Positions 35,053-41,986 of a DNA stretch of 41,986 nucleotides are shown here, one piece after another. Numbering within the stretch: position 1 is the first letter of the stretch; the number at the start of each line of letters is the position of its first letter. The stretch is from a virus. Its lineage: Duplodnaviria; Caudoviricetes. Below the pieces are notes generated by a model. That model was not told where the DNA came from. It saw only the letters and a program-made list of their open reading frames with translations, and did not search any database. The translations under genes and the position numbers were made by a program. The stretch covers positions 1-41,986 of the IMG/VR virus record IMGVR_UViG_3300033076_000121; one strand, 5' to 3'.

Positions 35053-35533
35053 TTCCTTTTTCCTTCAGCCACGCATTGGGAATCTCCTTGTCTGCGTAGA
35101 GAAAGCCATGTTTCTCACACCAGTCTGAATAGGTGGTCTTGCTTCTCTTCGAGATCTTGGTCTTCGAATTCGAGAAGACGAACCTAATGTCGTACTCTGG
35201 GTGTTGTTTCTGTACGAGCAAGTGCTTCTGTCGGTCCTCTGTGAGGAACCTGCCCTTGCTCTCAATGATGATGCCGTTCTCAAGCACGAAGTCTGGAGTG
35301 TACTTTGCGGGTTTCTCTGGTTTCACATAGGGGATAACCAGTTCCTCAAAAGAAAAGCCCACCCCTTTCGAGGTGAGCTCTTCTGCAATTCGTTCTTCCA
35401 GACCAGATCGGAACCCATATTTGAGTCCGACCTGTTGTCCTGAGAGTGGCTTCTTAGAAGTCGTCCGACGACCCGTTGTCTTCTTCGCTGAAGCCATTAC
35501 CTGTGGCAGAGTTGTCCTCTGCTTCGTAGCCAT
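35036..35533 (-). CDS. Endonuclease I / Holliday junction resolvase (gp3-like)
   Basis: FRSGLE, YTPDF, IIESKGRF and DIRFVF motifs; start uncertain. Confidence 0.95.
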   Translation of the reverse strand: MATKQRTTLPQVMASAKKTTGRRTTSKKPLSGQQVGLKYGFRSGLEERIAEELTSKGVGFSFEELVIPYVKPEKPAKYTPDFVLENGIIIESKGRFLTEDRQKHLLVQKQHPEYDIRFVFSNSKTKISKRSKTTYSDWCEKHGFLYADKEIPNAWLKEKGNGIQV

Positions 35534-36080
35534 CTTCTTCACCGAAGCCAAAGGCATCGGCACTTGCACCACCGCTGAACTCAACGAGGTCGATCACTTG
35601 GACTGCCTTCAGTCGCAGGGAGACACTTGCGCCCACCAGTGCGGTGTAGAAAGGGATCACCTCGTAGGCCACCTTGACCTTGGAGCCACCACCAATCTTT
35701 GCGTCCTTCTGCAGGGGCTTACCCTTTGCGTCGAAGATCGCAGGGCGCTGCTCGAAAGGTTCGCCGGTCTTGGGGCGGACAATGGCCTTCAGCTTGAAGC
35801 CTAGGGTCAGCTTGCCGGTGTCCTCATCCAGGTTGTAGGGAGCATCTCCCACCTTGATCTTCTTACCGGCGTTCTTCGGGTCCTTCTTTGCCAACTCGAC
35901 GGATTTCTCCATCTGTTCATCCAAAAAGGTGACGAGGGCTGCGTTGCCGCTGGCGTCAGAGACTTCCAGCTTCAGCTTGTACTCGCCATCAGGATTGAAC
36001 TTGGTGTCGGGCTTGGTGAGGTACGGGTACTGGGCGATGCCAGCAGGGGTTGTGTACCGGGGGTTCTTAGCTTTACTCAT
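35454..36080 (-). CDS. Single-stranded DNA-binding protein (gp2.5-like)
   Basis: P.L.KPD..F..G.YK, IGGGS, L.AVQVI.L.E; acidic tail ending in F. Confidence 0.93.
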   Translation of the reverse strand: MSKAKNPRYTTPAGIAQYPYLTKPDTKFNPDGEYKLKLEVSDASGNAALVTFLDEQMEKSVELAKKDPKNAGKKIKVGDAPYNLDEDTGKLTLGFKLKAIVRPKTGEPFEQRPAIFDAKGKPLQKDAKIGGGSKVKVAYEVIPFYTALVGASVSLRLKAVQVIDLVEFSGGASADAFGFGEEDGYEAEDNSATGNGFSEEDNGSSDDF

Positions 36081-36087
36081 AAAGTCC

Positions 36088-36201
36088 TTAGTTGTTGTAA
36101 TAGCCTTCGTAGGCTTCTTTCATCTCAGCAATCACAGCGTTGCGCTCAGCAACAGAGTGGGCAATACGGAAAGTACCGTCTGGGAGAATGATCTTGAACA
36201 T
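36088..36201 (-). CDS. Small hypothetical protein, 37 aa (MFKIILPDGTFRIAHS...)
   Basis: Read manually; GAGGA RBS; fills the gap exactly. Confidence 0.6.
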   Translation of the reverse strand: MFKIILPDGTFRIAHSVAERNAVIAEMKEAYEGYYNN

Positions 36202-36204
36202 GAA

Positions 36205-36414
36205 TTAATCCTCAAAGTCTTCGCAAACACTGTGGCAGTAAGATTCGATCTCTGCCCCGACATCCTCTTTGTCCAGGACGTAGCCCTGACCAACGAGAAA
36301 CTTGTAGAACTGGTATGCAATCGCATTCCAACCCGTTGTATCGCTGAATGATTCCTGAATAGAGACACAGGTGTGGCCCTCACGGAGGGTCATGGTGATT
36401 GTCTTGTTAGCCAT
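36205..36414 (-). CDS. Hypothetical protein
   Basis: AGGA RBS before MANKTIT; first gene after a promoter motif. Confidence 0.7.
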   Translation of the reverse strand: MANKTITMTLREGHTCVSIQESFSDTTGWNAIAYQFYKFLVGQGYVLDKEDVGAEIESYCHSVCEDFED

Positions 36415-36439
36415 TTGTTTCCTATAGAGGTTTGGGTAT

Positions 36440-36469
36440 TCCAATTGTGCAACCATTGCCAACTGGTAA
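36440..36469 (-). promoter_or_regulatory. Putative phage promoter (36440-36454) abutting putative operator TTGCCAACTGGTAA (36456-36469)
   Basis: Both recurring motifs sit side by side directly after the RNAP gene. Confidence 0.7.
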
Positions 36470-36473
36470 ACGT

Positions 36474-38987
36474 TCAGGCAAAGCAGTAGCGTGACTGCAT
36501 CACCTGCTCGAGCTCCAAGGTTCCTCGTTTAGGCAGAGCCTCGAGTTTCTCCTGGTTCTTGTCGCCAAGCTGCTGGACGATCTCATCCCTGAAGGACTCG
36601 ATCACATCCACCTCGCCGTACATCTCCACGAAGCTCTCTCGGACCACGTGGTAGAGGCCTTCGACATCCCCTGCGGTGGTCCCGAACGAGTCATGGATCA
36701 TCGCGAAGTTGTCGATGCCTGCCTGCTTGGCTCGCACCACAGTCAGCATCATGTGGGCTGCATCGCAGGAGTGGACAAAGTTGGGAGCGATCCCAGAGGA
36801 CTGCTTGCGGCGGTCTAGATTGTCCTTGTCCTGGTACATCGTGAGATACACCAGCTTGCCGTTGATCGCGGTCTTCACCTTGCGTTTCTCCAGATCGGCA
36901 TAGGCCTGCATCACAGGGAAACCCACGGGTGTCGTCCAGCGAACTGGGAGCTCCTCCGCAGCAGCCAGAGAGGCAGCATGCTGGAGCCACTTCATGGCCT
37001 CGCCAGCTTTCACCAGGACCTGGTTCACAGCCACCCAGATGGCCTTCGCCATGTACTGGGCACCTTGGTAGCCATCACCCTGGAAAGGGAACTCCTTGCC
37101 GCTCTGCTTGGCAGGACGGATGATGTCCTCCATGAGCTGCTCCTTGAAGCCATACTCCTTGGAGCCGTAGGCCAGCGTCATGACGGATCGCTTGGTCACC
37201 TTGCGGGTGATCCCGAAGGCCTTCCACTGGGCAGCGATGGTCTTGGTGCCCTGCTTGACGTAGGCCACACCCTCATCGGTGTGCCGCAGCTCGTCCTCAG
37301 TGCCGTTCAGAAGGTTGTCTTCGACCTGTTCCAGAACCTTGTTCGCCACGAGCTGGTAGACATCCGCAGGGAGGTCCCTGGGCATCAGGTTGACCGCAGC
37401 TCCGCCAACTTCGTCTCGCAGCATTGCAGAAAAGTGTTGAATTCCAGAGCATGAACCGTCCATAGCCACGGGCAGCTTTGATACGAACGACTCACCATGC
37501 TCAGTGAAACCTTGCCACTCGAAGCAAAACGCAAGGAACTGCCAGGGCTTGTCAATCTCAACACCGCCGACTGTTCCACACCACCCTCGGTGGTTATATG
37601 GATCTCTCGCAATACCAAGAATCTCTTCTTCATTATCCTGTACCCAATTGACACGGTCTTCAAAGCTGGCCTTGTCGAAGCCTGCTGTGTTGGCACCGTG
37701 GATAGCCAACCATTTCCATCCCTCACTGCCCAGAGGCTTGCCATTAGCGAACCGCAGCAGGGCCTTCTGATAGTCCGACCCCTGAGGATTCAGGTGAGGG
37801 ACTGCGTAGATGCGACCACGGAAGTCGAGCTGGTAGGGGAAGAAGACCTTGCGGAACTTCTCGTAGCGACGAGCGATGCCCAAGGCCATGTTGAAGCCGA
37901 TCCTCTGGCCCAACAGGGAGAGGTTCTGCACGTGGATCTTGGCAGCAGCGATGCGGTACTCCCGCTTGGCCTCCTCGTTGGTCTCGATGTCGAAGGGCTT
38001 GGAGGGCAGCTCCAGGCCTTCTCGAGGAGGCAGGCCAGCCATCTCTGAGCCGTTTTCCCACAGGGTGTCCATGACCTCGAGGACCTGGCTGTTGATCTGC
38101 CAGGCGGTACGCTGCAGAGCGTTCACTGCCTCGTACACGATGGGCATGTCGGTGTTCTTCAGCTCGTCCAGGTAGGCCCGGTTCTTCGTCTTCACCAGGC
38201 GCAGGGGCTTGATGTTGGAGGAGACGTAGCCACCGTTGAACGGCGTGGTCCAATCCTTGGGGATCACCACCATGGGCTCATAGACGGGACGCAGGAACTG
38301 GGTGACCTCGTTCTTGCTCTCGATCCACTCCAGCGTCTCAGGCAGGGCCTTCACGTACTTGATGGACTGGTCCTTATCGACCTTCTGGTGGGTCAGCTCG
38401 ACCAGGCCGATGGTCTGGATCAGGATGTCCAGCATCTTGATGCCAACGTGCAGGCGATCAGTGCGGACCCAACGCTGCCAGCCATCCTCGATTCGGTCAG
38501 CCTGACGGACTGCGTAGATGTGCCGGTAGTGGCCTGAGGTACGCTTCTTCGCCCCAATGAGGATCTTCTCGTACTGCTTGCGCTCGGTCTCACGGATCTT
38601 CGAGTAGCGCAGCTCGTCCTCGATGGCCGTGCCAATGGCGACACCCACGAACTGCAGGGTACGCAGCGAGGAGATGCCCGACAGCACTGCCTTGAGGGTC
38701 AGGAAGGCCAGCATGGTGGAGGGCACATCCTTGACCTTGGGGTAGGTCGCAGAGAACCGACCAGCGGCACCCTTGGAGCTTGTCTCCTTCCACTCATCGA
38801 TGGCCTTGGAGAGGATCTCCAGGCGATGGGACAGGATCGTGCTGCCATAGGCCGTGGACTCTTCCCGACCAGCTTGCACCGCCTTGGTGACATCCCGGAG
38901 GTACTTCTCAGCGCCTCGTTGGGTCATGCCTTCCTCCAGTTGAATCTGGATGGACATGAGGTCTTCCTCAGGATTGAAGTTCATCAT
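36474..38987 (-). CDS. Single-subunit DNA-directed RNA polymerase (T7 gp1-like)
   Basis: DFRGR.Y, DGSCSGIQH, R..TKR.VMT..YG, PNFVHS.DA and IHDSFGT motifs. Confidence 0.98.
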   Translation of the reverse strand: MMNFNPEEDLMSIQIQLEEGMTQRGAEKYLRDVTKAVQAGREESTAYGSTILSHRLEILSKAIDEWKETSSKGAAGRFSATYPKVKDVPSTMLAFLTLKAVLSGISSLRTLQFVGVAIGTAIEDELRYSKIRETERKQYEKILIGAKKRTSGHYRHIYAVRQADRIEDGWQRWVRTDRLHVGIKMLDILIQTIGLVELTHQKVDKDQSIKYVKALPETLEWIESKNEVTQFLRPVYEPMVVIPKDWTTPFNGGYVSSNIKPLRLVKTKNRAYLDELKNTDMPIVYEAVNALQRTAWQINSQVLEVMDTLWENGSEMAGLPPREGLELPSKPFDIETNEEAKREYRIAAAKIHVQNLSLLGQRIGFNMALGIARRYEKFRKVFFPYQLDFRGRIYAVPHLNPQGSDYQKALLRFANGKPLGSEGWKWLAIHGANTAGFDKASFEDRVNWVQDNEEEILGIARDPYNHRGWCGTVGGVEIDKPWQFLAFCFEWQGFTEHGESFVSKLPVAMDGSCSGIQHFSAMLRDEVGGAAVNLMPRDLPADVYQLVANKVLEQVEDNLLNGTEDELRHTDEGVAYVKQGTKTIAAQWKAFGITRKVTKRSVMTLAYGSKEYGFKEQLMEDIIRPAKQSGKEFPFQGDGYQGAQYMAKAIWVAVNQVLVKAGEAMKWLQHAASLAAAEELPVRWTTPVGFPVMQAYADLEKRKVKTAINGKLVYLTMYQDKDNLDRRKQSSGIAPNFVHSCDAAHMMLTVVRAKQAGIDNFAMIHDSFGTTAGDVEGLYHVVRESFVEMYGEVDVIESFRDEIVQQLGDKNQEKLEALPKRGTLELEQVMQSRYCFA

Positions 38988-39090
38988 TTCTTATGGTTCC
39001 TTTTAGAGTGGTAACTTAGTGTATGCATCTTTAAATATAACCTAGAGAAGATTATTCTAAAGATACTCTTAGAGATCTCTCTCTCGCCTA

Positions 39091-39105
39091 TCCAATTGTG
39101 CAACC
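39091..39105 (-). promoter_or_regulatory. Putative phage RNAP promoter upstream of the RNAP gene itself
   Basis: GGTTGCACAATTGGA, identical to the copies at 34601 and 36440. Confidence 0.65.
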
Positions 39106-39133
39106 AAAGGGTTCTCCCTCTGTTCTGAATTGG

Positions 39134-39238
39134 TTGTCTACTGGTAATCGATTGACACAGCTGTGACACTAAAAGTGTCACATACTTGTCTTTAGAATAC
39201 CTTTCCCGACTGACATTCATTGCCGTATGGCAATTATA
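39134..39238. promoter_or_regulatory. Control region: operators (39134-39147, 39203-39216, 39220-39233), GTGACACT/AGTGTCAC inverted repeat and minus-strand TATAAT (39238-39233)
   Basis: Motifs read directly from sequence between attP and the RNAP gene. Confidence 0.6.
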
Positions 39239-39242
39239 CCGT

Positions 39243-39284
39243 TAAAAACGGAGAGAACCCCCTGATTTCTCAGGAGGTTCTCTG
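39243..39284 (-). terminator. Intrinsic terminator downstream of the attP tRNA 3' end
   Basis: AGAGAACCTCCTGA-GAAA-TCAGGGGGTTCTCT followed by CCGTTTTT. Confidence 0.7.
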
Positions 39285-39305
39285 TCAGACTGTTTGTCTG
39301 GAAGC

Positions 39306-39361
39306 TGGTGCGGTCGAGAGGACTCGAACCTCCACGGATTTCTCCACTAGCACCTCAAGCT
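39306..39361 (-). other. attP core: 3' half of tRNA-Leu(GAG)
   Basis: AGC-TTGAGGT-GCTAG anticodon arm, long variable arm, GGTTCGAGTCC T-loop and CCA end; no D-arm or 5' acceptor strand; adjacent to integrase. Confidence 0.9.
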
Positions 39362-39375
39362 GAGTGCGTACAGAG

Positions 39376-39449
39376 AAATCAATCACTTAGGGTGACACAA
39401 CTCCAGAAAATCTGACGCTTTCTGACACAGCTCAATGGCCCGTGTCACC
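39376..39449. promoter_or_regulatory. IHF site and integrase arm-type-like TGACAC repeats of attP
   Basis: AATCAAtcacTTA; GTGACAC, CTGACAC and GTGTCAC repeats between the core and the int stop. Confidence 0.6.
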
Positions 39450-39454
39450 GGCAT

Positions 39455-40498
39455 TTACCCGTTCACAACCATGAGATGGGGCGTGGGCTTTACTTGCTCC
39501 AATGCTTCACGGCCTGCCTGCAGATTGCCGGGGGCCAGGTGGGCATAGCGCATGGTGGTGTTGATGGTGGAGTGGCCCATCCATGCCTGCACCACAGCCA
39601 GGGGAACCCCACGCTGGACCATCCGGGATGCACAGGTGTGCCTGAGCATGTGGACGAGGAACTGGGGGTCATCCTCGAGCCCCATGGCCGTCTTCAGGTC
39701 CCACCATTCCCTCCTGAGGCGGTGGAACGTGTAGTCGAAGAACCGCAGCTGGTTGGACCTACGGTGCAGGACCTCGGCCACCCTCTGGGTCACAGGGACA
39801 GCCCTGGCCTTGTCGGTCTTGGTCTGACCGGCATGGAGGTGGAGCATCCCGTTGACGTAGTCGTTGCGCCTGAGGCCCAGCAGCTCCGATCTCCGGAACC
39901 CTGTATCCACAGCCACGATGATGAGGTCCCTGAGCTGGTCCAGACCAAGCTGGGCACACAGGGCCAGAGCCTGGGCTTCCTCCTGCTCGTCCATCCACCG
40001 GATACGGTGCGTACCGGGCTTCCTACGAGGCAGCAGAGGCATCCCTTTGATCCACCCCCTCTGCATCGCCATGGTGAGCATGACGGATAGATGGGACAGC
40101 TTGTGGTTGACCGTCTGGCCCCCGTTGCCTTCCTCTTCCCAGGCCTCGACAGCCTCAAGGGCCATGTCGAAGGTAACCTCCGAGACCGGAGTGTTCTCAG
40201 GGATCTGCTCGAAGAGAGCCTTGATGAAGATCTTGTGGGTCTTCTGGCCGCTGGGTTTGTCCTGATTCCAACGGACCTTCCAAGCGAGGTCGTGGGCCTC
40301 TTTGAGGGTAGGGCCTAGGGAGGCCTTAGGTTGCACGGCTGTAGGCCGTTCTAAGGGGCTTCCTGAGGCTTTCTGACGGGTCAGGGCCTCGAGCTCAGCC
40401 AGCTCAGCTTCAGCTTTGGTCTTGTAGGACTTCCTGAAGCGGTTAGCTCCAGCTCCCACGCAGACCATGTAGCTGTTGCCACGTTCGTAGATTGGCAT
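39455..40498 (-). CDS. int: Tyrosine recombinase / phage integrase
   Basis: Catalytic R (TGFRRSEL), K (TKT), HxxR (HMLRH), GH and Y (TMRYAH). Confidence 0.96.
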   Translation of the reverse strand: MPIYERGNSYMVCVGAGANRFRKSYKTKAEAELAELEALTRQKASGSPLERPTAVQPKASLGPTLKEAHDLAWKVRWNQDKPSGQKTHKIFIKALFEQIPENTPVSEVTFDMALEAVEAWEEEGNGGQTVNHKLSHLSVMLTMAMQRGWIKGMPLLPRRKPGTHRIRWMDEQEEAQALALCAQLGLDQLRDLIIVAVDTGFRRSELLGLRRNDYVNGMLHLHAGQTKTDKARAVPVTQRVAEVLHRRSNQLRFFDYTFHRLRREWWDLKTAMGLEDDPQFLVHMLRHTCASRMVQRGVPLAVVQAWMGHSTINTTMRYAHLAPGNLQAGREALEQVKPTPHLMVVNG

Positions 40499-40499
40499 G

Positions 40500-40820
40500 T
40501 CAGTTATCTCCTAAAATCTTAGTCACGGTGATCCTGCCCTTCTTGGTGAGACGAATTATCTTTTTACGTCTCTCCATTGGGTCCTCGAATGACTCGATGA
40601 GTAGCAGTCCTTCCTCCCTCTTTCGGTTGATTTTTCCAAGAGCGCCAATATGGCGACTAGCAGTTGCCAGCCCTATACCGGCTCTTTTAGCGATCTCTGA
40701 GAGGGACATTCCTTCGTCACTCTCAGCGACTACGAACAGGCACTTGGCCTGGCCTAGCGGCATCTCTGGGTCTATTGCCGAGATGCCTGTGAGAAATCGG
40801 ATTGCGTCCTTAGGTGTCAT
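40500..40820 (-). CDS. MarR-type winged-HTH regulator, candidate repressor
   Basis: MSLSEIAKRAGIGLATASRHI HTH and DPMERRKKIIRLTKKG wing; AGGAG RBS; co-transcribed with int. Confidence 0.88.
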   Translation of the reverse strand: MTPKDAIRFLTGISAIDPEMPLGQAKCLFVVAESDEGMSLSEIAKRAGIGLATASRHIGALGKINRKREEGLLLIESFEDPMERRKKIIRLTKKGRITVTKILGDN

Positions 40821-40894
40821 GGGCTGGTCTGTCTCCTATGCGTCTTAGTGACGCTGGTGAGATTCTCACACCATGAGAGTCCGGTCAACAACAG

Positions 40895-40956
40895 TTTCCA
40901 CTTGGCAACTGTCTGTCCAAACGTAGGGTTACCTTACCCATTGACAATTGTTGCCC
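40895..40956. promoter_or_regulatory. Divergent promoter region with operators TTTCCACTTGGCAA (40895-40908) and TTACCCATTGACAA (40934-40947)
   Basis: Leftward TTGTCA-16-TACGTT and rightward TTGACA both overlap the second operator. Confidence 0.6.
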
Positions 40957-41004
40957 GACTCCACCACAACTGTAACGCAAAGTTTACAGAGGGAGGCACC
41001 AAGG

Positions 41005-41250
41005 ATGCGCTTGTCAAATGCCGTGTTAGAGGCAGTAAGAAGGGGTGGTGTCGAGGTCTATTTTGCAGACAGACATACCACAAGGGTCTGGAACGGCTTG
41101 AGGCTCCAAGGTGAACCCTTGAGGTATGGCGGCTGGTACTGGATGAGGAGATCCAAGGGACGCATCGTGCAGGCAGACGAAGACGGACCATTTAGGACCG
41201 AGTCCGCTGCCATACGTGATGCCTTTGTGAAGCTCCAGCTCAGAGGTTAG
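41005..41250 (+). CDS. Hypothetical protein, the only convincing plus-strand gene (81 aa)
   Basis: GGAGG/AAGG RBS; occupies a gap with no good minus-strand gene; GWYW...GPF.TESAA motif. Confidence 0.7.
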   Translation: MRLSNAVLEAVRRGGVEVYFADRHTTRVWNGLRLQGEPLRYGGWYWMRRSKGRIVQADEDGPFRTESAAIRDAFVKLQLRG

Positions 41251-41491
41251 AGGGAGTGTCCCCCGGCTCCTTCTTCAGGACCTTCGTCCAGGCGGCTACG
41301 AACGACACAGGGCCACCGTTGGTGATCTGTGCGTACATCCCGTCAACCTTGAGAAACTTCCAGAGTGACTCAGGGTCGATCTCTGGGGCTTCTGGTGGTG
41401 TTGTGAGGTCCTCTTCAGCAAACTTGAAGTGGTCTCCACGGTTGAGCTTGTAGAGCTCCGTCATGTGTTCAATGTCGATCTCTGAGATCAT
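41240..41491 (-). CDS. Early hypothetical protein
   Basis: AAGGAG RBS; ATGA overlap with the upstream gene. Confidence 0.75.
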   Translation of the reverse strand: MISEIDIEHMTELYKLNRGDHFKFAEEDLTTPPEAPEIDPESLWKFLKVDGMYAQITNGGPVSFVAAWTKVLKKEPGDTPSNL

Positions 41492-41986
41492 GTGTTCTTC
41501 TCCTTGATGCCGTGGGCGGCTTCGATGGCTGTGCCATAGGCGTTAACTCGATCCTTCAGGGTTGGCTTATCTCCGACACTGCTCCACAGTCTTTGCTTTT
41601 GGCCCAGCGTCAGCGGCTTGCGCTGTGCTGGCTCACCCGTGTAAAGCTCTTGCTTGATATGTTCTGCAAGTGCTTGCTGGTATTCCTCGTTTTGACACAA
41701 AGGAAACTTGCATTGGTGCTGTGCCAGCGATAACGATGGTGGGGATGTGTAGAGGGGAATGTCATCAGCGTTGTAAGGGCCGTGCAGATAAGTCATGTCG
41801 CGCTTTGCGTTCATCCATGCCACAGGCTCCTGCTTCTGTGCTATCGTGGCTACGCCACTGGGCTGCTCTATCGCTTCGCTGGCCAGTGCTTCGCGCAGGG
41901 CGGTGATTGCTTTCAGCACATCGGCTGTCACGTCCTCACAGCCTTTTAACGCCTCCAGCGCCAGCTTCAGTGCTTCTGTTTGTTTG
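41488..41986 (-). CDS. Early hypothetical protein spanning the circular junction (true start at nt 5)
   Basis: ATG ACC AAA CAA ACA GAA GCA reads across nt 5-1 and 41986; contains EPVAW, PLYTSPP and AIEAAHGIKEKNT modules. Confidence 0.8.
   Translation of the reverse strand, partial: KQTEALKLALEALKGCEDVTADVLKAITALREALASEAIEQPSGVATIAQKQEPVAWMNAKRDMTYLHGPYNADDIPLYTSPPSLSLAQHQCKFPLCQNEEYQQALAEHIKQELYTGEPAQRKPLTLGQKQRLWSSVGDKPTLKDRVNAYGTAIEAAHGIKEKNT

Larger units (their letters stand above)
1..41986 (-). mobile_element. Complete circularly permuted genome of a temperate T7-like (Autographiviridae-type) phage
   Basis: T7-type gene order from RNAP to terminase, plus integrase and attP. An ORF starting at nt 5 continues in frame at nt 41986 (MTKQTEALKLALEALKG...). 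Confidence 0.95.

Noticed and set aside
9982-38505. Many long plus-strand ORFs (e.g. 11365-12645, 20987-22123, 9982-10734, 34465-35187)
   Set aside because: Antisense shadows of well-supported minus-strand genes, caused by codon bias; no recognisable motifs.
25975-38987. Introns, inteins or homing endonucleases in RNR, DNA polymerase, helicase or RNAP
   Set aside because: ORFs are continuous and of normal or short length, with no splice-junction or HNH/LAGLIDADG motifs seen.
38984-39220. 78-aa minus-strand ORF upstream of RNAP
   Set aside because: No RBS, atypical composition, and it overlaps dense regulatory motifs.
39306-39390. Complete tRNA gene
   Set aside because: Only the anticodon arm to CCA is present. 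There is no D-arm or 5' acceptor strand, so it is an attP core.
40934-41191. 85-aa minus-strand ORF opposite the plus-strand gene
   Set aside because: Ser/Arg-rich shadow translation without an RBS; the plus-strand frame has the RBS and a protein-like sequence.

Overview
The window is a complete, circularly permuted 41,986-bp genome of a T7-like podophage (Autographiviridae-type), with almost every gene on the minus strand. One ORF reads cleanly across the end/start junction. Order on the coding strand: terminal region (~3380-2400), small early genes, MarR-type regulator, tyrosine integrase, attP (3' half of tRNA-Leu-GAG), single-subunit RNA polymerase, SSB, endonuclease I, amidase, primase-helicase, DNA polymerase, a nucleotide-metabolism block (ThyX, exonuclease, DUF3310-like, MazG-like, class II RNR, PhoH), portal, scaffold, capsid, tail tube, internal virion proteins, tail fibre and terminase. 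The phage is apparently temperate, and a CTG-N10-CAG SOS box points to a beta/gamma-proteobacterial host. The main signals are: (1) a genome-wide 14-bp pseudo-palindrome TTGYCA-NN-TGGHAA, often in 17-bp-phased tandems, at the promoters a lysogeny repressor would need to control; (2) a copy of the attP arm-like/IHF module at the genome terminus, next to a LexA box and two perfect DnaA boxes; (3) an ejected internal virion protein carrying lysozyme, ADP-ribosyltransferase-like and GNAT domains; (4) a candidate phage RNAP promoter GGTTGCMCAATTGGA; (5) two structured intergenic RNAs. All calls come from reading motifs by eye. No database searches were run.
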